Source: an uncultured Eubacteriales bacterium
GTDB taxonomy: Bacteria > Bacillota > Clostridia > Lachnospirales > Lachnospiraceae
Length of the DNA stretch: 64,000 nucleotides
NCBI GenBank assembly: GCA_949289145.1
Contig: CASEML010000051.1
Span: 2,306-66,305 of the forward strand
Direction of reading: 5' to 3'
Shown: positions 10,101-17,425 of the stretch, in pieces
Layout: every line of letters starts with the position of its first letter
Position numbering within the stretch: the first letter of the stretch is position 1
Notes under the pieces: model-generated
Seen by the model: only the letters and a program-made list of their open reading frames with translations
What the model was told of the DNA's origin: nothing
The model's database searches: none
Position numbers and translations under genes: made by a program

Positions 10101-13016
10101 ATCCTTTCCCTGCTCCATATTCACGTACTTTTCTGTGGGAAGATAGTTCTGCTTATAGGCGGCAAACCGATAGGTTCCGCCCTCACCGCTGACACAGACT
10201 CTGCCTGCTACGTCTGTCACCAGAGTCTGTCCTGTATTGGCGCTGTTATCATTTACGTACACATAAGCATTGGACAACGGAAGATTATTCTGGTCTACCA
10301 CCTGTATGGTAATGGTTCCTGCCTTGGATTTTTCATAGATAACAACTGTTATCTCCGCCGAATCTGTATTTCCGCCCACATCTTTTACGGTTAATACTAC
10401 CTTATAAGTACCGGGCTTTTGATATGTATGCTTTGGTTGGGCTCCTGTTAAGATGCTTCCGTCTCCCATATCCCAGATATAATCTGTGATTCTTACATTA
10501 TCTGTGGAACCGGTACCGTCAAAAGCAAGCTCCAGACCTACTACACCAGACATATCTGTAGCTGCATAAGCGGTAGGAAGAATGGTGTCCTCACTGTCTG
10601 CAGCAGCCATCGTTATTTCACTCTTGCTGCTGTTTCCATAGAAATCATAGGTCATAAGATAATACTCATAATCTGTTTCCGGCGTAATGTTTTTATCTGT
10701 ATAGAAAATATCTGTTCCTCTCATAATGCGAGTATACTGTGTTTCATCATACGCTTTTCTAAACAGTTCGTAATAGCTAAAATCCTCTGCATCACAATTA
10801 GTCCATGAAAGATCTATCTGCCAGCTTCCTCCCTTAGCAGCCAACCGGGAGGCTGACGGTGAATCTGTATCCAGTATAAAACTGGTAAAAAATACTTCAC
10901 TTTCGTTGTCATTTATATCTTTTGCTTCTACCTTTACATGATAGGTACCACTCTCCAAACCACTGCTGTCCCAGTTTATAGCAACCAGCTTTTCTTTTGC
11001 ATTCACAGTTACCGTATCCAACTGTATCCATGTGTCACTGCCTTCCTTCTGATACTGGGCTTTCACCTGAGCTACTTTTACATTATCATAAACTAATGCT
11101 TTGATAACTGTATCTCTGCCCACGATTTCACCATTTCTTGGAGATACACTGTAAATAGTCGGCGCTTTATTGTCTTTTGCTGCCTCCGCTTTTGCCTCAT
11201 TGGAAACCTCGCTTTCATTTCCAGCTAAATCTACAGAAGTAATCATGTAGCAATAGGTATGGTCGTATTCAACGCTACTGTCGTAGTAGTTAGAATTTGT
11301 GCATTTATCAACCAATACCTGATATTCTCCGTCTTGACTTGACCGATATATTCTATAATAAGCAGTATCCTCCTCCTTGGGCGCTGTCCAGGTCAACGCT
11401 GTATATCCTTCCAAGCCTTCTACCTTTAAATCGGTAATGGCGGAAGGTGCTGTGCGGTCTATTAAATAAGAATTTGTGAGAATTCCATTTTCAAAGGCAT
11501 TTTCGTTACCTGCTTTATCATATGCCCTTACTCTTACATAAACATTTCCCTCCGACAATGCTGAAATGTCCCACTGATAGGAAAAAATATTAGTTGTGGA
11601 AACATTTCTTTCTACTTCTGTAAGCTTTTTCCACTCTTTTTCGTCTAAAGAATATTCAAATACTACCTTCACTGCTCCAATATTGTCAGTGACAGTGACA
11701 GACAGCGGAATAATGTCTTTAAAGTTTTTTGCTGCCGGCAAGAAACCGGAAATTACCGGCGGAGTTATATCTGATTTTGTACTAATGATTATGTCCTGAG
11801 ACTCTTCTCCACGGTTCCCTAAATTATCATAGCCTACCACACGAAAGGTATATTCTGTATCCGGAGTAAGACCAGTAATATGCATTCCGAGCACATCAGT
11901 GACAGTCCCTACACTTACAAAACCCTCTCCCTTAAACTGTTCTACCTGAAAATAAGCAAAATCTGCCTCTGTTACATCTTCCCATTTTAAGCTTACAAAG
12001 GAAGCATCAGAGGTTGCCTCCGTGATATTAATTTTATCTATTCCAGTGTTATCTAAGGTATATGTTCTGGTATATTCCTCCACCGAACGGTTGTCACTGC
12101 TGTCTATGGCAATGGCGCGCACCAAATAATCACCGTCAGGCAGATCTGAATTGTCCCACACAAAGACTGCTTTTCCATCTGTAGAAGCCTTCTTTTCATC
12201 AATGAGAATCCATTGTTCTCCTGCCTGATACTCCAGCCGAATAGAAGATACTGCCGTATCGTCATAAGCACTGATTGTTATCTGGCTATCTTTATTGATT
12301 TTGCTTCCTTTTGACTGAATACTCTCGATAATTGGCGGAGTAATATCATTATTTTTCCTTTGTTCCAGATATTCATATAAGTCGCCATCATAGCATTTAA
12401 AATCTTTAAAGTAGATTCTGGCACCCATATGGGCACCTCCGCCAATACCAAAATAGTATCTGTCATCCACTGTACTATTGGTAATTTCTTTACTTTTTGC
12501 CCGCAAAAAGAAACTTCCATCTGCACCTTGCACATAATGATAGAAATACCCATCATTCTTTTTTACTAATAAATATGTCTGATATTCATTTGTCAAAAAA
12601 ACTGTTGCCTGTCTACCGCCATAAGTTGATGATTTGTATTGGTAAGAAAAGTAACAATGACCTGGCACGTCTCCTTTTGCAGTAAACAAAAAAGAAATTT
12701 CCTGATTTGCCTCTTCTAATTTTCTCTGTTTCATAAAATAAGAGGAACTTCCTGCTAATGCTGTCTTTTCCATCACCTTTACATCGTCTTCGATAGAAAC
12801 CAGCCCTGCATTTTCCCACGAAAAATATGCATCGTCCCAACCGGACCAGTCTTCGTTGTCATCCTCATAGGCCCATTCGATATCCTCGTATTCCATATTT
12901 GCTGCAGCATATGTCACAATTAGTTCTAAATCAACACTTTCACTAACCAAAACTAGCATTAAAAGTATGGCTGTTATTCTTTGTATTATTTTTTTCCATT
13001 TTCTTTTTATCTTCAT
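4149..13016 (-). CDS. Secreted RHS/YD-repeat polymorphic toxin (WapA-like) with a C-terminal HNH (colicin-DNase-like) nuclease module
   Basis: 2955 aa. The N-terminus is signal/TM-like (KKIIQRITAILLMLVLV). Next come alternating Ig-like and FN3-like modules of about 90 aa, then a PKD-like module (FDGTGSTDNVRITDYIWDMGDGS...HTYQKPGTYKVVLTVKD) and a CarboxypepD_reg-like module. Dozens of YD repeats follow (YxYDxxGN/R). The RHS core ends YYMRARYYNVSIKRFINQDVV...NKFAYVQGNPIKLTDPFGL, followed by a 300-aa tail ending IHEMHPVKFGGSPTDIDNKIALSPKEH. Confidence 0.93.
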   Translation of the reverse strand: MKIKRKWKKIIQRITAILLMLVLVSESVDLELIVTYAAANMEYEDIEWAYEDDNEDWSGWDDAYFSWENAGLVSIEDDVKVMEKTALAGSSSYFMKQRKLEEANQEISFLFTAKGDVPGHCYFSYQYKSSTYGGRQATVFLTNEYQTYLLVKKNDGYFYHYVQGADGSFFLRAKSKEITNSTVDDRYYFGIGGGAHMGARIYFKDFKCYDGDLYEYLEQRKNNDITPPIIESIQSKGSKINKDSQITISAYDDTAVSSIRLEYQAGEQWILIDEKKASTDGKAVFVWDNSDLPDGDYLVRAIAIDSSDNRSVEEYTRTYTLDNTGIDKINITEATSDASFVSLKWEDVTEADFAYFQVEQFKGEGFVSVGTVTDVLGMHITGLTPDTEYTFRVVGYDNLGNRGEESQDIIISTKSDITPPVISGFLPAAKNFKDIIPLSVTVTDNIGAVKVVFEYSLDEKEWKKLTEVERNVSTTNIFSYQWDISALSEGNVYVRVRAYDKAGNENAFENGILTNSYLIDRTAPSAITDLKVEGLEGYTALTWTAPKEEDTAYYRIYRSSQDGEYQVLVDKCTNSNYYDSSVEYDHTYCYMITSVDLAGNESEVSNEAKAEAAKDNKAPTIYSVSPRNGEIVGRDTVIKALVYDNVKVAQVKAQYQKEGSDTWIQLDTVTVNAKEKLVAINWDSSGLESGTYHVKVEAKDINDNESEVFFTSFILDTDSPSASRLAAKGGSWQIDLSWTNCDAEDFSYYELFRKAYDETQYTRIMRGTDIFYTDKNITPETDYEYYLMTYDFYGNSSKSEITMAAADSEDTILPTAYAATDMSGVVGLELAFDGTGSTDNVRITDYIWDMGDGSILTGAQPKHTYQKPGTYKVVLTVKDVGGNTDSAEITVVIYEKSKAGTITIQVVDQNNLPLSNAYVYVNDNSANTGQTLVTDVAGRVCVSGEGGTYRFAAYKQNYLPTEKYVNMEQGKDKAAVLVLEAGEVVVGNLEVKKMELADMVEAGIDLTNPSNYNSFTYALTLAFAESPIPVEYKVTVAGDGTTTSQVISTGSGGGSGIDSAKQTSVTFYPIPVEQKDETVPLLAYLTDAGNISWLKEMFTVELGVINAAAPKFVLEDSSATLNLPEGLSFAQLNSKTQNETIDLGNISGQQSASALWYIKGDASGNYEISADFEGTLMPFEKQVKAVFSGDVNVQTGEGLQLTIKPEDAAYVGESYYIQYELTNTSNRTFYNVTTTFGTYTLPGKYSSQKLIDEETREVTIIENRENNYYIADAGKCKTIPVLYEGDILEIGVFAPGDILYGTTVMAAPQGSGEYDEGEYYFKLVDSYVDTLQGANTGVKVMVSPISSHASVSIVKHKSAADTTWGDPVDTTSGAFVEEYEALAVNGVSTLSLDMNYSSLLTDTPGEMGRGWSHNFQAFLKDEGGFVNLYWTPDACSVFVREEAVTHSAVYGNYIEAGKIALADELPNKQSYLCISSGMENARLERKEDLTYTLTLSSGIVYDFNTKGKLVKMTDQNKRELTLDYGIEEGTQNTLITVMETATKACLYLHCNEVGNLISVSDITGRTTTFTYENQCLTAITNPLGETTTYTYDSAGHILSKISPAGITKVTNQYDSKGRVILQKDAKEAYTGFAYTEEKNGGLTTVITDRNGATETIVSDRSGNILQSTDGEGQTKVSMYDSRGNLLSLRDAEGNVYYYSYDENGNQTRITDGYGIITTMIYDQANNLTQVTDGNGNQTHYTYNRKNLMTRAEYSSGKTVTYTYNPQGQLTEETIEGLGTKYYEYTEGYLTKLTDMNGNACAYQYDVIGNLTKVTDSTGLVTKYTYDALNRQIKQEIMQDDDKVYSFLIYSYDEDGNQTTVTDAKGNTTKYGYDKNGELAYMEDAGGKKLTYEKDGEGHVIKQTAPDGSAKTYTYDKAGRVLTETDEDSHTVSYQYNKRGDIIKTTDAKGESTDYTYYPNGKLQQTTYADGSTILYSYDKCWNLTRITQSDGASTTYEYDTVGNLICIRDALGNENHYEYDIYGRLLTETDPMGAVTSYTYDSEGNCLSKTNGLGETNSYKYDTENRLTTVTHLNEEGKEVKIQYIYDKYGRNTKVIDECGNTAAMTYDENGNVVTVTDAKGITIETYSYDNANRLTSATDALGITDIYHYDIMGSLTKYTAQAGESTEEITKYFYNADGSLAKAEDAESGISVCQYDENGNLTTVTDPMGGTTAYSYDKLNRVTKEINAVGSEHSYSYNNVSLLEKYINANEEETNYTYDKAGRLTKVTDKAGTISYTYDKNGNIIEVKDEKGSITRTYDALNRVTGCTDTDGNTIRYSYNAMGSLSELTYPDGTVVTYHYYDNGKLKSVTDADNHTTTYEYDGNGLLTVRKNGNGTTDIYTYDDAGQLITQQVKKGTELLSETCYTYDEAGNIVKRQSSSGEGAIGNINSVTMTYDSANRLVTYNGEAVVYDAEGNMTYGPDAEGSMTEYIYNCRNQLIQAGNISYEYDGEGNRIARTNMDTGERVRYIYDTNSELPQVLQEVGTDGSITYVYGNGLLTQNSENEYFCFHYNNIGSTILLTGAGGEKEETYSYGAYGELLSGDRSKTSYLYNGMYGVCTDLNGLYYMRARYYNVSIKRFINQDVVDGAITASQSLNKFAYVQGNPIKLTDPFGLSPNISISGIGHAALNLLGILPGLDICDAINAAWYLAEGDYANAAISTAAILPMLGSMAGNGIKWGARGAANAEKVSDTIKLGARIAGDGGALLLSGNQAMEAVKNISANYRETGEVFSFRNAGNFLSLGLSVAGMGLSGVSLSKSGAALKNMHQGKAVAESAAVSSATKRVSGKADGTGKRELYVPVNLQFFGKSGSNTVKTGEFFIDDWNGYPDAPKPDGPFRILEGTEYTDSRNLANKTNANIHRNRPDLKGTQIHEMHPVKFGGSPTDIDNKIALSPKEHAKYTAFWNKVLREQKGK

Positions 13017-13031
13017 AGTTTTCCCCTTAAT

Positions 13032-14336
13032 TTATTTTAACTGGTAAATAATTTCTTTTTTAATTCCATAAATTCCGGGTTGGGAAAGCTGGTAATTTTC
13101 TGCGTTCCTGCTGTCCCAGTTATTATTTCCATCATTAAAGCAAACCGTTGCCTCTGTCTCACTTCCCAGATAAATGATATATTTCCATTGATAACCTTCT
13201 GTGTCTGTAGCTTTGTCCATCTCCACTCCCGGTACACTTGTCCATTCATCATTTCCTGCCTTGTAATGAATATAGACTCTCTCCCAACTTGTGTTGCTAT
13301 AATAAACTTCTATTGCATTACCTTCCGGAGCAGTTATTAACTTCACTTCTCCATTTTTTATCCCATAACAGCCCGCATACACTTTATAATTCTCGGCATT
13401 TCTGCTGTCCCAGTTATTATTTCCATCATTAAAGCAGACAGCGACTGACTTGCTGTTTCCTAAGTCTATTGTATATTTCCACTGGTAACCTTCCCTGTCA
13501 TCGGCTTTACTCATCTTTATTCCTGGTACACTTGTCCATTCTCCATATTCTGTCTGGTAATGGATATAGGCATTTTGCCAACTGTCATTCCCATAATAAA
13601 TTTCTACTGTATGGTCTGAATATGGTGTTTCCGTAACTGTTGGGGTTATGGAAGACTGCCCTAATTGATTTACTTCCCCATTTTTTACTGCGTAAATTCC
13701 TGTATACACCTTGTAATTTTCACCATATTTACTATCCCAGTTTCCGTTTCCATCATTAAAGCAGACAGCAGCTTCTGTTTCATTACCTAAATCTATAGTA
13801 TATTTCCACTGATATCCTTCTCTTTGGTTCGTGCTGCTCATTTTTACTCCCGGAACAGCGGTCCACTGACCATTTCCTACTTTATAATGAATATATGCCT
13901 GGTTCCAGCTTTCATTTCCGTAATATACCTCTACCGTATTATCCGAAAATGGCTTTTCTGTAATACTGGGTGTTATGGTTACTGTAGGTTTTTCTGTAGC
14001 TGTCGGCTCCTGTGTCGCGGTTGGTGTAGGTGCAGACATCACTGCTACTCTGCTTTCCAGCAGATTCCCGTTTTTATCATAGCTATAAGTTATCACACTG
14101 CCATCTGCATAGCTTACCTTTGTGAGGCGATTTAACTTATCATATATGTATTGCACCCCTGCACCATTCTCTTCCTCTGTAGTTCCCTGCAGGAGCTCTT
14201 CCTCTGCAGCTGCATAGCTGCCTGGTGTTTTTTCCTTAGCATTTGTTTCTTGATACAGCGACACGCAGTGAAATAAGCATAATATTAAAATCACCAGCAT
14301 GACAATACTTATCCTTTGTTTTTCTTTTTTGCACAT
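13032..14336 (-). CDS. Secreted accessory protein: short YD-repeat segment plus three tandem CBM25/26-like (starch-binding-type) modules
   Basis: 434 aa with a signal-like N-terminus (ISIVMLVILILCLFHCVSL). It contains two YD repeats (VQYIYDKLNRLTKVSYADGSVITYSYDKNGNLLES) and a Pro/Thr linker. Three modules of about 92 aa follow, of the form V(E)VYYGN.SW...YIHY..G.G.WT.VPG.KM......EGYQWKYTIDLGN....VCFNDGN.NWDS....NYKV. It ends 15 nt upstream of the RHS gene. Confidence 0.7.
   Translation of the reverse strand: MCKKEKQRISIVMLVILILCLFHCVSLYQETNAKEKTPGSYAAAEEELLQGTTEEENGAGVQYIYDKLNRLTKVSYADGSVITYSYDKNGNLLESRVAVMSAPTPTATQEPTATEKPTVTITPSITEKPFSDNTVEVYYGNESWNQAYIHYKVGNGQWTAVPGVKMSSTNQREGYQWKYTIDLGNETEAAVCFNDGNGNWDSKYGENYKVYTGIYAVKNGEVNQLGQSSITPTVTETPYSDHTVEIYYGNDSWQNAYIHYQTEYGEWTSVPGIKMSKADDREGYQWKYTIDLGNSKSVAVCFNDGNNNWDSRNAENYKVYAGCYGIKNGEVKLITAPEGNAIEVYYSNTSWERVYIHYKAGNDEWTSVPGVEMDKATDTEGYQWKYIIYLGSETEATVCFNDGNNNWDSRNAENYQLSQPGIYGIKKEIIYQLK
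13044..13940 (-). repeat. Three tandem coding repeats of about 300 bp (the CBM-like modules)
   Basis: Protein repeats span aa 133-225, 242-333 and 340-431 of the 434-aa ORF. The DNA shares long near-identical runs, for example the ATTATTTCCATCATTAAAGCA motif recurring around 13120 and 13420. Confidence 0.8.
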
Positions 14337-14417
14337 AGTTTCTTTCTCCTTTTACTTTTTGTTTCAGATTCCCTGATTCATTTACAAAATATATATTTTT
14401 TCACTATATTAGCTTTT

Positions 14418-14446
14418 AGTCTAACTACCAAATATTTATTTGTCAA
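14418..14446 (-). promoter_or_regulatory. Candidate sigma-A promoter for the YD-CBM/RHS/immunity operon
   Basis: Minus strand reads TTGACA (plus 14441-14446), a 17-nt spacer, then TAGACT (plus 14418-14423), about 80 nt upstream of the ATG at 14336. Confidence 0.35.
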
Positions 14447-14534
14447 TGTTTATGTAGTATTTTTTCAACATCAAAGTAACAGTTCAGCTATGGTTCATCA
14501 TACACTCAACTATATATATTTCACAGCTTCTAAA

Positions 14535-14574
14535 TTTATAAAAACAAGTCTGTGGCTTTACATAAGTCACAGAC
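14535..14574 (-). terminator. Terminator downstream of glgB
   Basis: Hairpin GTCTGTGGC(14548-14556)/GTCACAGAC(14566-14574), one non-Watson-Crick position, followed on the minus strand by TTGTTTTTATAAATTT. Confidence 0.5.
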
Positions 14575-14598
14575 CCATTAATGTTTCTTATATACAAT

Positions 14599-16518
14599 TT
14601 AAAAGGAAAATATCACTGCCTCATAAGGTTTCAATGGACATGAAATACTATAGTTCCTATTGTCCCACTCTTTTGCAGCAGCATTCACAGAATCGGTTCT
14701 AAGCACTTTGTTACCGCCAAATTTCTTTTCTTTGCTACTGAAAAGAATCTTATATTTCTTCTTCTTTGGCACACCCACTCTGTAATCTTTCCACTCCATA
14801 GGAGTAAAGTTGCATACAAACAGCAGATTATGTTTTTCATCTTTGGATTTTCTAATAAAGCTATAAACACCATGGTAAGAATCATTTGCATTGACCCATT
14901 CAAATCCCTGATATTCATCATCCATTTCGTACATGGCAGGATTACTCTTATAAAGATGCAACAGTTCTTTCACATAGCTTTGCATACCTGCATTTAATTT
15001 GTTTTCACCGATCAAATTCCAATCCAGCTCTCTTTCTTCGCTCCACTCACGTTCCTGACCAAATTCCTGCCCCATAAACAACAGCTTTTTACCCGGATGA
15101 CCATACATGAAAGCATATGCGGCACGCAGATTTGCATATTTTTCTTCCATTTCCGTTCCCGGCATCTTATTTACCATGGAACATTTCAAATGAACCACTT
15201 CATCATGTGACAATACATTAATATAATTCTCCGCATACTGATAAGTCATAGCAAACGTCAGCTTATTGTGGTTATCTTTTCTAAAATATGGATCCAGTTT
15301 CATATAATCCAAAAAGTCATGCATCCACCCCATATTCCACTTATGTGTAAATCCAAGCCCGTCATCTTCCGGTTTTCCTGTTACTTTCGGCCATGCTGTA
15401 GATTCTTCTGCAATCATAGCCACGCCTTCGTTGCGCCCTAAAACTACTGAATTTAAATGTTTAAAGAACTCGATTGCTTCTAAATTTTTATTACCGCCAA
15501 ATTTATTTGGCACCCACTGTCCTGACTGTTTTCCATAATCCAAATAAAGCATGGATGCAACCGCATCTACCCGAAGTCCGTCCACATGAAACTGTTCAAT
15601 CCAGAACAAAGCATTTACAATCAGGAAATTCTTTACTTCATTTTTACTAAAATCGAAAATCTTAGTTCCCCAGTCCGGATGTTCCCCCTTTCTTGGATCT
15701 GCATATTCAAATACGGGTGTGCCGTCAAAATTAGCTAGTCCATGAGCATCTCTTGGAAAATGTGCCGGCACCCAGTCTAAAATAACACCAATATTATGTT
15801 TGTGCATGTAATCCACAAAATACATAAAATCCTGCGGTGTTCCATATCTGGAAGTTGGTGCAAAATATCCAGTCACCTGATATCCCCAAGAACCATCAAA
15901 TGGATGTTCTGCGATTCCCATCAATTCTACGTGAGTATACCCCATCTCTGTTACATATTCTGCCAGTTCATGTGCCAGCTCTTTATAATTGTAAAACCCT
16001 TCTTCATTCCCCTCTTTGGAAGGGTGTTTCTTCCAAGACCCCGGATGTACCTCATACACTGACATTGGAGATTTCTTAGCATCAAACTTCTTTCTTTTAT
16101 TAAGCCATGTTTTATCTCCCCATTTGTATTTCGTAATATCTGTTACTCTGGAGGCAGTACCCGGACGCATCTCTGCATAGTTTGCAAAGGGATCCGCCTT
16201 ATACAATACTTCCCCGGTTTTTGTAGTTATCTGGAACTTGTACAAATCTCCTAATTTCACATTTGGAAGAAATGTTTCAAAAATCCCCAACGGTTCTAAA
16301 CGTGTCATAATTCCCTCATAACCATTCCACTGATTAAAGTCACCTACCACACTGACATAAGCTGCATTTGGTGCCCAAACTGCAAAATAAACGCCCTTCA
16401 CACCGTCTACTTCCATGATATGTGCCCCCAGCTTCTTAAAAATGTCATAATGTGTTCCTTGACCAAAAAGATACTGATCCAATTCTGTTATAAATCTTAC
16501 ATCCCTATTATTTATCAT
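14599..16518 (-). CDS. glgB: 1,4-alpha-glucan branching enzyme (GH13)
   Basis: ORF 14599..16530; the ATG giving MINNRD (16516-18) follows AAGGTGG. GH13 regions are present: ILDWVPAHF, GLRVDAVASMLY, IAEEST, LSHDEV. Length and N-terminal domain are typical of GlgB. Confidence 0.93.
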   Translation of the reverse strand: MINNRDVRFITELDQYLFGQGTHYDIFKKLGAHIMEVDGVKGVYFAVWAPNAAYVSVVGDFNQWNGYEGIMTRLEPLGIFETFLPNVKLGDLYKFQITTKTGEVLYKADPFANYAEMRPGTASRVTDITKYKWGDKTWLNKRKKFDAKKSPMSVYEVHPGSWKKHPSKEGNEEGFYNYKELAHELAEYVTEMGYTHVELMGIAEHPFDGSWGYQVTGYFAPTSRYGTPQDFMYFVDYMHKHNIGVILDWVPAHFPRDAHGLANFDGTPVFEYADPRKGEHPDWGTKIFDFSKNEVKNFLIVNALFWIEQFHVDGLRVDAVASMLYLDYGKQSGQWVPNKFGGNKNLEAIEFFKHLNSVVLGRNEGVAMIAEESTAWPKVTGKPEDDGLGFTHKWNMGWMHDFLDYMKLDPYFRKDNHNKLTFAMTYQYAENYINVLSHDEVVHLKCSMVNKMPGTEMEEKYANLRAAYAFMYGHPGKKLLFMGQEFGQEREWSEERELDWNLIGENKLNAGMQSYVKELLHLYKSNPAMYEMDDEYQGFEWVNANDSYHGVYSFIRKSKDEKHNLLFVCNFTPMEWKDYRVGVPKKKKYKILFSSKEKKFGGNKVLRTDSVNAAAKEWDNRNYSISCPLKPYEAVIFSF

Positions 16519-16531
16519 ATATTCCACCACC

Positions 16532-16675
16532 TTAATTTATTATTATATTTTTTACATAGGCAATCCGGCTGTTTTTTGCCTGTCCAATGCCATTCAGAAA
16601 AGTATATAACTTTCCGTCCCCGTATATTCCTTCCTCTGCATAAATTTTTGCAGAAAAAATTGTTTCTTTTACCAT
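16532..16675 (-). CDS. Small ORF (47 aa) with a strong SD, abutting the glgB start; function unknown
   Basis: AGGAGGAG-aaac-ATG at 16673-16675. It reads MVKETIFSAKIYAEEGIYGDGKLYTFLNGIGQAKNSRIAYVKNIIIN, and its stop sits inside the glgB ribosome-binding region. Confidence 0.35.
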   Translation of the reverse strand: MVKETIFSAKIYAEEGIYGDGKLYTFLNGIGQAKNSRIAYVKNIIIN

Positions 16676-16697
16676 GTTTCTCCTCCTGATTTTAACT

Positions 16698-17270
16698 TTA
16701 TGAAAAAATACCATACATAAACTGATTTACAAGATTTTTCCCAACCTCATCAATATCTATTTCCGGTTCTCCAATTTCGAAATAGTAAATCAGATAAAAA
16801 TTTATGATACCTTCGAAGCCGCTGGCAAACTGATGCTGTCTCCCATTCATATTACCCAGTTTTTCTGAAGCTTCGTCGAATATCTTTACGATAATTTCAT
16901 GTGTTTTAACCATGTATGGTCTTATTGCCTTATAGGAATCATTTTCTCTGGCAGAATATATAAGTGATAATGTAAAAAGGTACAAAGTTTTATTACCAAT
17001 TGCCAGCTTCAAATATGCTTTACACGTTTCATATAAAGTTTCCGGTACATCTCCCTGATATACAGATGCTTTCTCCAACTTCTTTAAAAAATCAGTATAG
17101 AACCTGTCGATAATACTTTCCAACAAACCATATTTACTTTTGAAATAATAGTACAACGTGGGCTTTGTGGTTCCTGCACGGTCTACAATTTCCTGTACCC
17201 CCACCGCATCATAACCTTTTTCATAAAAAAGCTCCGTAGCACATTCCAATATATTGGTTCGGTTATCCAT
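16698..17270 (-). CDS. TetR/AcrR family transcriptional regulator
   Basis: N-terminal HTH ILECATELFYEKGYDAVGVQEIVDRAGTTKPTLYYYFKSK, followed by a helical C-terminal domain; 190 aa. Confidence 0.9.
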   Translation of the reverse strand: MDNRTNILECATELFYEKGYDAVGVQEIVDRAGTTKPTLYYYFKSKYGLLESIIDRFYTDFLKKLEKASVYQGDVPETLYETCKAYLKLAIGNKTLYLFTLSLIYSARENDSYKAIRPYMVKTHEIIVKIFDEASEKLGNMNGRQHQFASGFEGIINFYLIYYFEIGEPEIDIDEVGKNLVNQFMYGIFS

Positions 17271-17321
17271 TTTACCCCTCCCGTCAACACATAACCTATG
17301 TACTTAATATTCTGAATTTTA

Positions 17322-17376
17322 TATACCGATTGGTACTTGCACACCTATTATACCAATCGGTATATACAGATGTCAA
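17322..17376 (-). promoter_or_regulatory. Promoter of the TetR gene with overlapping palindromic operator sites
   Basis: Minus strand reads TTGACA (plus 17371-76), an 18-nt spacer, then TATAAT (plus 17347-52). Inverted copies TATACCGATTGGTA (17322-35) and TACCAATCGGTATA (17351-64) are each themselves TATACC-N4-GGTATA. Confidence 0.6.
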
Positions 17377-17425
17377 CAATAAAATAGCCAAAGTATTTTT
17401 ATACTCTGACTATTTTTATTATCAC

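Noticed and set aside
4269-12685. Many plus-strand ORFs inside the RHS gene (for example 5364..5813 at 149 aa, 6969..7652 at 227 aa, 9595..9816)
   Set aside because: They are wholly embedded antisense to a 2955-aa ORF with clear YD/RHS motifs. Their sequences are Ile/Phe/Ser/Val-rich mirror images of YD-repeat codons, with no SD sequences. The short same-strand ORFs (7319..7501, 7859..8044, 12278..12556, 12613..12840) are out-of-frame artefacts too.
14316-14702. 128-aa plus-strand ORF spanning the RHS-operon promoter region and the glgB 3' end
   Set aside because: It crosses an intergenic AT-rich region and runs antisense into glgB. The sequence is Phe/Leu-rich with no SD. The interval is better explained by a promoter and a terminator.
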